A DNA stretch of 64,000 nucleotides from Candidatus Galligastranaerophilus intestinavium (GTDB taxonomy: Bacteria > Cyanobacteriota > Vampirovibrionia > Gastranaerophilales > Gastranaerophilaceae). This document shows positions 1-6,672 of this stretch, one piece after another. A program made the position numbers and the translations under genes. The notes below the pieces were generated by a model. That model did not search any database and was not told where the DNA came from. It worked only from the letters and a program-made list of their open reading frames with translations. Numbering within the stretch: position 1 is the stretch's first letter; each line of letters opens with the position of its first letter. Location of the stretch: assembly GCA_018716625.1 (NCBI GenBank), contig DVJQ01000042.1, positions 61 through 64,060 on the forward strand. Reading direction: 5' to 3'.

Positions 1-1565
1 GCTACTGCTCTTTCATTCGCCCATTCTCTGATAGCAAGTATTTGTTCTGATTGTGTTGTAGAGAGCGGTACAGTGTTCTTTATAACCTTGTACAAATCCT
101 CTTCTTTTAGAGTCCTGTTTTCAGAAAATGCTTCAAACAGGGCAGAAATTACAACCTGCTCAATTTCAGCACCTACAAACCCTTCTGTTATCTCTGCGAG
201 TTTGTTTAAAAGAGTATCAGTAACCGCAAAATCTTTAGAAATACTGCCTTTTAATCTTTTCTCAAGGTGCAGTTTAAAAATAACCTTACGTTCAGCTTTT
301 GTCGGTAAGTCAACAAAAAAGATTTCATCAAATCTGCCTTTTCTTAGCATTTCAGACGGCAGAGCATTAATGTTGTTAGCCGTTGCAATGACAAATACAG
401 GCTTAGTTTTTTCCGACATCCAAGTGAGGAATGTTCCGAAAACCCTTGTAGCAGTTCCACCGTCACGCTCTCCGCCATTACCGCCAAATCCTTTTTCAAT
501 CTCATCAATCCAGAGGATAGAAGGTGCTACGGCTTCCGCTGTCTGAATTGCCTTCCGCATATTTTCTTCACTGCTTCCTACAAGTCCGGAAAAGATTTTT
601 CCTACATCAAGCCTTAGCAAAGGTAACTGCCATAATGCACTCATAGCTTTTGCCGTCAAACTTTTACCGCACCCCGGAACACCTGTTATTAAAACACCTT
701 TAGGGGCAGGAAGATTGTAATCCTTTTGAGCCTTACCGAGCCATGAGTTATTACGCTTAATAAGCCACTTTTTAAGGTTCTCCAATCCGCCCACATCATT
801 CATATTGAAATCGGACTTGATAAATTCAAGTATTCCTGTCTTTTTAATTACTTGACACTTTTCATCAAGAATTACGTCCAGTTCCTTAATCGTTAATTGT
901 CCTTTAGAGACCATTGCTCTTGCAAAAGCGTTTTCTGCTTCCTGTAAAGTCAACCCCTGCGCTGCTTTACAAAGGACTTCTTTCTCATCTTCCTTTAAAT
1001 CAATTACAATGCCGGAACTTTCATTCATCTCAATCATTTCATTAAGCAGGGATTTTATTTCATCTAATGTAGGCAGGTCAAAATCTACTACGGTAATATC
1101 TTTTTGCAGTTCCAGAGGTAGAACAAGAGAAGGTGCAATAATTACAACATTTTTGGAAACATCTGCATTCTTTAAAGAGCCGGCAACATCACGAATTTTT
1201 CTTATTAGGTTATAATCTGCATTTCTGTTATTAAGTCCTAATAGTGGGTGAATGTCCTTTAGTATTAGTATTGCCGGATTATTGTAATTATCTATGAAAT
1301 TAAGAGCGTCAATCGGCTCATTTCCATTATTTACGCTTTCCTGTCCGTCTTTTAGGTTCTTTTTTAATCCTTCCGTTGAACTCCAGATAAACACATCTCG
1401 CTTAGTTTTAATAGTTTTGACATTATTAGCAATTTTAGTGATAAGGTCTACAATTCTGATTTCTTCCCACGTTGGAATATACACGAAAGAGAACCTTGCC
1501 TTAAATAGGTTAGTTAAGTGTTGTTCAGTTTTCTTTAATCCTTCTAATACTACTGTCTGTGCCAT
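1..1565 (-). CDS. AAA+ ATPase, CDC48/FtsH-like single AAA module behind a ~250-aa N-terminal domain; the 3' end runs off the window
   Basis: Absent from the ORF track because it has no stop inside the window. My minus-strand translation from ATG 1565 (SD GAGGT 8 nt upstream, 3 nt after the stop of the upstream gene) stays open to position 1: MAQTVVLEGLKK... Walker A GVPGCGKS is encoded at 660-683. Walker B is ILWIDEIEK, followed by GRFDEIFFVDLP. The tail reads ...PLSTTQSEQILAIREWANERAVA. The + strand ORFs 73-546, 1009-1215 and 1294-1707 are antisense shadows. Confidence 0.85.
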   Translation of the reverse strand, partial: MAQTVVLEGLKKTEQHLTNLFKARFSFVYIPTWEEIRIVDLITKIANNVKTIKTKRDVFIWSSTEGLKKNLKDGQESVNNGNEPIDALNFIDNYNNPAILILKDIHPLLGLNNRNADYNLIRKIRDVAGSLKNADVSKNVVIIAPSLVLPLELQKDITVVDFDLPTLDEIKSLLNEMIEMNESSGIVIDLKEDEKEVLCKAAQGLTLQEAENAFARAMVSKGQLTIKELDVILDEKCQVIKKTGILEFIKSDFNMNDVGGLENLKKWLIKRNNSWLGKAQKDYNLPAPKGVLITGVPGCGKSLTAKAMSALWQLPLLRLDVGKIFSGLVGSSEENMRKAIQTAEAVAPSILWIDEIEKGFGGNGGERDGGTATRVFGTFLTWMSEKTKPVFVIATANNINALPSEMLRKGRFDEIFFVDLPTKAERKVIFKLHLEKRLKGSISKDFAVTDTLLNKLAEITEGFVGAEIEQVVISALFEAFSENRTLKEEDLYKVIKNTVPLSTTQSEQILAIREWANERAV

Positions 1566-1568
1566 TCC

Positions 1569-2147
1569 TTACCTCATTGCCTTTAAAACTTCCTTAAAAT
1601 TTCCCATTCCGTTAAGAGAAATATTGTTGTTCTTATCAATCCTTACTTCAATCTTGTTTCTGTACTTAGTGATAATGCTTTCATCGTACCTGTCAGAGAA
1701 GAAATAATAATTCTGATTACTTGAACCTACCCATGGACGGCTAAAATCCTGTTTATCTTCTTCATACCTGCCGTCAATGAGGACATCAATATATTTTGTG
1801 AGTTCTTTAAACATTTCCATGCCGGTTAATTCACTATACTTGTAGCCTGTAAAAACAACAACAGACAGCCCGATTTCTTGAACTGCCTTAGAAATTGCTG
1901 TAACTGCTTCTATTTGTTCCAGAGGTTCACCACCGAGAAAGGTTATACCCTCTATTTTATCCTTGTAGAATTTGATTAAGTCAATTAATTCTTCTACATC
2001 GTAGATAGTACCACCATCTTTATCCCACATTGCATGATTAGCACACCCCTTGCAATGCAAAGAACACCCTTGAACCCAGATGCAAAACCTTGTATTTGGT
2101 CCCTCGGCGGTAGTTATTGGTATGTATGAATTAATCCTAATATCCAC
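1569..2147 (-). CDS. NrdG-family radical SAM (4Fe-4S) activase-like protein
   Basis: CSLHCKGC (CxxxCxxC, encoded at 2043-2066), GITFLGGEPL, VDVLIDGRY...WVGSSNQ. It aligns motif-for-motif with the host NrdG at 51197-51688. The ORF track starts it at 2234, which would overlap the upstream gene by 98 nt. An in-frame GTG at 2147 overlaps that gene's stop and is the more likely start. Confidence 0.8.
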   Translation of the reverse strand: MDIRINSYIPITTAEGPNTRFCIWVQGCSLHCKGCANHAMWDKDGGTIYDVEELIDLIKFYKDKIEGITFLGGEPLEQIEAVTAISKAVQEIGLSVVVFTGYKYSELTGMEMFKELTKYIDVLIDGRYEEDKQDFSRPWVGSSNQNYYFFSDRYDESIITKYRNKIEVRIDKNNNISLNGMGNFKEVLKAMR

Positions 2148-2349
2148 CCTGTTGATACCCCTCGTTGTATGTATCGTTGTATACTTCCTGCTGATGATAC
2201 TCCTCGGTAAATTCAGAGTAAACAGTCTTTGCACCTGTTAATTGTTCAACTTCCTTTATGTAGTTCAAGCAGGATTTCCCCTTGATACCTACAGTTTCTG
2301 ACTCAATTCTTCCGTCCGGATATACTCGGATTTTAATTTGCTTGGTCAT
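2137..2349 (-). CDS. small DUF2997-like protein
   Basis: The 70-aa protein MTKQIKIRVYPDGRIESETVGIKGKSCLNYIKEVEQLTG... matches my recollection of the DUF2997 pattern (I.I..DG.V...V.G..G..C....). SD GAGGGG lies 9 nt upstream. The gene overlaps the upstream gene by 17 nt. Confidence 0.6.
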   Translation of the reverse strand: MTKQIKIRVYPDGRIESETVGIKGKSCLNYIKEVEQLTGAKTVYSEFTEEYHQQEVYNDTYNEGYQQGGY

Positions 2350-2908
2350 TATTTAACCCCTCTTTTAATTCTTGTAAAGTATCAATATCAAGTGTCTTAA
2401 TCTTGCTATCATCCCAATCGCCATCAAGAAATTTTGTGACATCAACTTCTGATATATCAAAGTAATGAATAGGTAATTGTTCATAATACTGATTTTCAGC
2501 AGGGTGACTTTCAACCTTTAGGATATTTTCAAGTAAAATCTCACCTTGACAGTTAATTACGTCATATACATCCACCCATCCGTTAAAAGCTTTCTTATTT
2601 TCAACAGAATGCAAGCACAAAAATATATCCGTATCCTGAACAAGTTTCATATTATGGTAAGATTTTGACGGAGAAATCACATTGCCATGGATGTTTAAGA
2701 GTTTGAAGTTTCGTTCATACATATCATATTGAAGTTCAAATGCCAGAAAAACATCGTTGCCGTAGTATCTGAAATAGCAATCTTTTATATCCTCATTATT
2801 AGGAAATTGAGCAACAAGTTTGTTATTGCTATCTTTTACGCACCAAGAATCATTAATCAATTCAATAGTATATTTATCAGGTTCTAAAATCTGTTCAGCC
2901 ATATTCAA
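2333..2908 (-). CDS. hypothetical protein (about 190 aa, no motif recognised)
   Basis: Long ORF in operon register. SD AAGGAG precedes TTG 2908 / ATG 2902. It lies 9 nt downstream of the CBS gene's stop. Confidence 0.6.
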   Translation of the reverse strand: MNMAEQILEPDKYTIELINDSWCVKDSNNKLVAQFPNNEDIKDCYFRYYGNDVFLAFELQYDMYERNFKLLNIHGNVISPSKSYHNMKLVQDTDIFLCLHSVENKKAFNGWVDVYDVINCQGEILLENILKVESHPAENQYYEQLPIHYFDISEVDVTKFLDGDWDDSKIKTLDIDTLQELKEGLNNDQAN

Positions 2909-2917
2909 ATTTTCTCC

Positions 2918-3649
2918 TTATTTATCTAAATCCCAATGAGTAATGATACCAAGCAGTTTTTCACTACTGTGACCGTTTTCAGTTACAAACAGAGCTTCAA
3001 GCCGTTTTTTATCAACAAGCGATTTTTTAAACAAATCTTTTATATAATATTCATCACAAGTCTTGGCAACAAACTTATATTCAATTTCCTTATTCTTATC
3101 AAGACTGCAAAACTCTATTAAATCTGCAATTGTCGCTTTTTGTGGTTCTTCTACAATACCGTCTTTATTCTTGTTAAAATACAGCATTAAGGAATGTGAA
3201 GAAAAAACTCCTATTAATTTCTCGGTATTATCTACAATCGGGGTACAGGTATAATTTTTCTCTAACATTGTTTCTATAACATTAGATATTATTTCTTCCT
3301 GCTTAACTTTATAAATACTGCTTTCTTTAACTGCAATGTTTAAAGCAGTTTTAGGGTGCATTATTCTATCTGCATCCCTAGAGAAATCATCATATAGCTT
3401 TTGCGTAAGAATTACATAATTTCCATTACGAACCTCAGGTTCATGCGTTAATAAGTTTCTCAGATTTCTGTAAAATTCCCAGAGATTACGGTTACGTTTC
3501 AGAACTTTATCATTCAAAATATCGAATTTTCCAAATGTCACTGCATTATTTCGATTTTTAATAAATGTTTCAAACTCGGTGTATTTATCAAGAAAATCTT
3601 GTGTTAATGTCATATCCGCCTTTCTTAATTTTGCCCCATTTTGTACCAT
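2918..3649 (-). CDS. HEPN-like (RNxxxH) N-terminal domain fused to a CBS-pair domain
   Basis: The helical N-terminal ~100 aa end in LWEFYRNLRNLLTHE, with R-N-L-L-T-H encoded at 3443-3460 (an Rx4-6H HEPN-type motif). The C-terminal half has two CBS-like units (...LIGVFSSHSLMLYF... and ...LLGIITHWDL). The start may instead be ATG 3613 (SD GAAAGG), which would put the left inverted repeat in the 5' UTR. Confidence 0.65.
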   Translation of the reverse strand: MVQNGAKLRKADMTLTQDFLDKYTEFETFIKNRNNAVTFGKFDILNDKVLKRNRNLWEFYRNLRNLLTHEPEVRNGNYVILTQKLYDDFSRDADRIMHPKTALNIAVKESSIYKVKQEEIISNVIETMLEKNYTCTPIVDNTEKLIGVFSSHSLMLYFNKNKDGIVEEPQKATIADLIEFCSLDKNKEIEYKFVAKTCDEYYIKDLFKKSLVDKKRLEALFVTENGHSSEKLLGIITHWDLDK

Positions 3650-3652
3650 ATT
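3631..3652. repeat. left arm of an exact 22-bp inverted repeat (TGCCCCATTTTGTACCATATTG)
   Basis: Its reverse complement is identical to 3802-3823. Extended to 3657, it reads TGCCCCA-N13-TGGGGCA, a recombinase-core-like palindrome. Confidence 0.9.
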
Positions 3653-3749
3653 GGGGCAAACTCTGAAAATGACTGATATAAAAGAGTCCTAGCATATAAA
3701 GAACAGAGAAATATTATTAAATTGCAACAAAATGAGGGCTGTTTACGGT

Positions 3750-3778
3750 TTGACAAAAGCCTGTGTTTTGCGTATATT
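3750..3778 (+). promoter_or_regulatory. near-consensus sigma70-type promoter TTGACA-17 nt-TATATT inside the putative invertible segment, currently reading away from the operon
   Basis: TTGACA is at 3750-3755 and TATATT at 3773-3778, with an exact 17-nt spacer. In this orientation it leads into a 12-codon mini-ORF (3806-3844) and then antisense into the recombinase gene. Confidence 0.55.
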
Positions 3779-3801
3779 TGCTATCATAGGGCAAATTGTA
3801 T

Positions 3802-3823
3802 CAATATGGTACAAAATGGGGCA
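3802..3823. repeat. right arm of the exact 22-bp inverted repeat
   Basis: CAATATGGTACAAAATGGGGCA is the reverse complement of 3631-3652. It duplicates the first 5 codons of ORF 2918-3649 in inverted orientation. Confidence 0.9.
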
Positions 3824-3857
3824 CCACATTCTGGGGCAGTTTAGGTATTAAGAACTT

Positions 3858-4403
3858 TTAAAGTTCAAAATTTTTGTAACTGAAATCTATTTCGTCCTGT
3901 TCAACCCCAATATACATGAGAGTTATTCTCTGGCTTGAATGATTAAATATTTTCTGCAATACAATAGGGTCTTTAAATTTCTGATAGTGATGATAACCGA
4001 AAGATTTTCGCATTGTATGAGTTGAAACGTGGGCGGTTATTCCGTTTTCTTTACAGGCTCTGACAATAAACCTATAGACCTGTGACCTGTCTAATCGCTT
4101 ACCTTGCTTGCCGAGAAATAAAGGTTCTTCAAGGTTTTTACCCTTTGTAAAATCTTTCAAAACTCGTTTTAATTTGTCGTTAATGTAAAAACTTTTCAAT
4201 TTCTGGGTCTTTTTCTCAACGATTGTAATATGGGTTTTATTAACAACATCCGAAACATTTAACCCTACAATATCCGAAACTCGTAAACCGGAGTTCATTC
4301 CAAGTACCCATATTACATAATCTCTTTTGTTATGTAATTTCAAGTATTGTTCAATCTTCTCAATATCTTTTCTGTTCTTTATCGGTTCAGCTTTCTTATT
4401 CAT
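3858..4403 (-). CDS. small tyrosine recombinase (catalytic domain only, FimB/FimE-sized), candidate invertase
   Basis: At 181 aa it has GLRVSDIVGL (Arg), HTMRKSFGYH (HxxR) and a C-terminal ITLMYIG (Tyr). SD GGAAGGAA is present. It sits directly beside the inverted-repeat pair. Confidence 0.85.
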   Translation of the reverse strand: MNKKAEPIKNRKDIEKIEQYLKLHNKRDYVIWVLGMNSGLRVSDIVGLNVSDVVNKTHITIVEKKTQKLKSFYINDKLKRVLKDFTKGKNLEEPLFLGKQGKRLDRSQVYRFIVRACKENGITAHVSTHTMRKSFGYHHYQKFKDPIVLQKIFNHSSQRITLMYIGVEQDEIDFSYKNFEL

Positions 4404-4485
4404 CTACATTCCTTCCTGCAACATTAAAATCGTTTCGTTGCAAGATAGAATGTAAGTAAACACAGGTTATATAAGCAAGATAGTA

Positions 4486-4611
4486 TTAATGCGTAAGCAT
4501 TGCACCGATATTTAGAAAAGCAAGCAATAGCAACTCTCCCAAAAATCCGAGAACTGGAATTAAGATTATTGCTAATAGAATGCCAAGTGCTATTTGTATG
4601 ACTTTTCTCAT
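4486..4611 (-). CDS. 41-aa hydrophobic peptide (MRKVIQIALGILLAIILIPVLGFLGELLLLAFLNIGAMLTH), below the ORF-track size cutoff
   Basis: Its ATG overlaps the TGA of the upstream Bro-N/DinD-like gene (ATGA coupling at 4608-4611). The sequence is almost entirely hydrophobic behind an N-terminal RK. Confidence 0.4.
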   Translation of the reverse strand: MRKVIQIALGILLAIILIPVLGFLGELLLLAFLNIGAMLTH

Positions 4612-5462
4612 TGCTTATTCTCTATCTGCCTTGGTTTTCTGCTCTTGGGTAAGAAATTTTCATCAGTAATAACAGGTTTTCCTGTCTGTAATTCAATTTG
4701 TTTTCGTGCTTCTTTAGCTACACTTCCGCCCTGTTTTGCTACAGATTTATTCTCTTCTAACGTTTTCGGGTTCTTTTCTTTAGAAATTTCAGTTGTTGAA
4801 ACTTCCGCTAACATATTTAAAACAAGTTCCATGTTAGACATATTATCTCTTAGGCTTTCCTTCTTTAAACCTTTAAAATCTTTATACTCACGAGTTTTCA
4901 TGCCAGACCATTCCTGTGTTAATATATCAGTAAGAATGCCGTATTGATTATCTGCAACACCACTCCTTTTCCATTCATCAGTTAATGCTTTTCTGATTTC
5001 AATGGATTTTAAGCGTTGATTTACCCATTCCGGAGAATATCCCTTGGTTAAATAATATTGTAATGCTCTGTTAATCGCAATTTCCGGGTCTTGAATTTCA
5101 TCAAGTCTTTCTCTACCGACTTTTGCAAGCCATAACTTAAAAGGTTCAGCCTTCGGACTAGGAATAGACTGAACTAAGCGTAAAACACCTTCTGTATCAA
5201 GAACATCGGTTTTATAATACTTCCCATCAGAAGATTGCATTTTCAGTTGGTTACAAGTTGTAACCAACTGACTACCTTCCTTGCGTAGTCTGTTTTTTAG
5301 CACTTTCCAATAATTATTAGGATTTTTACTATCTGACAATATACCGACAATATCAACAACAGAGAAATACCAAGTTTCTTTCTCTCTATCCCACGATGTC
5401 CTAACTTTATAATCTTCAAACAGTTTAATGGATGTCTTAATGTCTTTTTCAGTCTTTTTCAT
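4608..5462 (-). CDS. Bro-N domain / DinD-like (DNA-damage-inducible protein D family) protein
   Basis: The N-terminal WYFSVVDIVGILSDSKNPNNYWKVLKNRLRKEG...TDVLDTEGVLRLVQSIPSPKAEPFKLWLA resembles Bro-N/DinD. The size (284 aa) is close to E. coli DinD. Confidence 0.65.
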   Translation of the reverse strand: MKKTEKDIKTSIKLFEDYKVRTSWDREKETWYFSVVDIVGILSDSKNPNNYWKVLKNRLRKEGSQLVTTCNQLKMQSSDGKYYKTDVLDTEGVLRLVQSIPSPKAEPFKLWLAKVGRERLDEIQDPEIAINRALQYYLTKGYSPEWVNQRLKSIEIRKALTDEWKRSGVADNQYGILTDILTQEWSGMKTREYKDFKGLKKESLRDNMSNMELVLNMLAEVSTTEISKEKNPKTLEENKSVAKQGGSVAKEARKQIELQTGKPVITDENFLPKSRKPRQIENKQ

Positions 5463-5589
5463 GTCAACTCCTTATCTTTATTCTATCACAAACAGAAATC
5501 CTCAATCTAAGCCCACTAGGAAGCCCTTGAAGCGATTTTATTACCTTGCATGGTATAAAGTTATACCCATTTTTAACGCTTGAGTGCTT

Positions 5590-6672
5590 TTATATAGGAA
5601 CTGCAACGGTTTCAGCGATACCAAGTTTCTGATAGAGTTCAATATACAGAGGGTTTACATCAGAAGAGTGTACTTTTTTAAGCAGGTTAGAAAATGAATC
5701 GCCAAAGCCATTATTTTTAAATATCTTAATTAATGAAGGTGGTAATGGGGCTTCATTTATCAGGTCTGCAAACATTTGTTCATAGTTATTCAGCCTGACA
5801 TCACCTCTTATAACTGGTTCTTGATAAAATATTACTTCTTGCAAGGTATTTATGTAATATTTTTCAAGTGTTTCGTACAATTTTCTCTCTTTAAGTAAAT
5901 CTAACAAGGTTTTCAGCTTCAATCCGTCTTTACCCTTCTTGCCTGTAATAAAGTTAGAAATATTCTGCAATTTCGGTTTATAACGATACTGTAATTCACA
6001 GCGCAAAATATTAACCTTTTCAAGGTAAAGTGTCTTTGTTTCAGTATTGTAAGCCTCAGAAGGTATAAGAGCCTGTTCTTCTTCACTCAATCCAAGCCTT
6101 AATACAACTTCTTTAATATTTGCCTTGTCTTGCAATTCTTGTGCCTTATCGTAAAATAGGTACTGCCTATCTCCTACTTTATCTTTTTCCGTAAAATGTT
6201 TTGCAAGAGTAGTTACATATAAAGTTTTGTTTGTGTCGCTTGAGTGGTACAGTAATGACTTAAATCTCTTCTTATACATTCTATTTGCAAGGAAGTTTAT
6301 ATAATCTATAGGTGAGTTTTCCATAAAATTATTCTTTGTTAAGTGAAGAACAGATACCCTGTACTTATCAATTACATTATCTGGTAAACTATATAAACCC
6401 AAATTTTCAAAAAGTTCGTACAATTCATCTTCTGTAGGCATTTCTAAATTTGTATCGGTATATTTTTCATCATTCTTTAGATATCTGGTAGGAGTAAAGC
6501 ATAGGCTTAGCTTCTGCCTGCTTGTTTTTATAGTGTAAGCATTCTGTGGAAAATTTTTTCCCATACATTTATTCATTTGATTTAATTGAAAATCAACATC
6601 AGCACCTAAATCCTTCAACTCCGGAATAGGCGCATAAAATCCGAGTTTATCAATTAATAAGTTACCATGCAT
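5590..6672 (-). CDS. hypothetical protein (360 aa); a faint resemblance to rolling-circle/phage replication initiators is unverified
   Basis: Long ORF that overlaps the upstream gene by 11 nt. Only weak cues suggest a function (LIDKLGFY near the N-terminus, LRCELQYRYK). Confidence 0.55.
   Translation of the reverse strand: MHGNLLIDKLGFYAPIPELKDLGADVDFQLNQMNKCMGKNFPQNAYTIKTSRQKLSLCFTPTRYLKNDEKYTDTNLEMPTEDELYELFENLGLYSLPDNVIDKYRVSVLHLTKNNFMENSPIDYINFLANRMYKKRFKSLLYHSSDTNKTLYVTTLAKHFTEKDKVGDRQYLFYDKAQELQDKANIKEVVLRLGLSEEEQALIPSEAYNTETKTLYLEKVNILRCELQYRYKPKLQNISNFITGKKGKDGLKLKTLLDLLKERKLYETLEKYYINTLQEVIFYQEPVIRGDVRLNNYEQMFADLINEAPLPPSLIKIFKNNGFGDSFSNLLKKVHSSDVNPLYIELYQKLGIAETVAVPI

Noticed and set aside
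73-1707. The + strand ORFs 73-546, 1009-1215 and 1294-1707 from the ORF track
   Set aside because: They give low-complexity S/F/L-rich translations and lie antisense to a clean AAA+ ATPase reading frame (Walker A/B present) on the minus strand. They are shadow ORFs.
2137-2160. The C-terminal GYQQGGY of the DUF2997-like protein as a glycyl-radical site for the adjacent activase
   Set aside because: It lacks the RVxG[FWY] context and the surrounding fold expected of glycyl-radical domains. This is a superficial resemblance only.
2148-2234. The N-terminal 29 codons of track ORF 1569-2234
   Set aside because: They would overlap the DUF2997-like gene by 98 nt, and the region has no homology to NrdG N-termini. 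An in-frame GTG at 2147 overlapping the upstream stop fits operon coupling better.
3806-3844. The 12-codon ORF MVQNGAPHSGAV as a real gene
   Set aside because: Its first five codons are simply the inverted-repeat copy of the HEPN/CBS gene start. It is better interpreted as a by-product of the inversion site.
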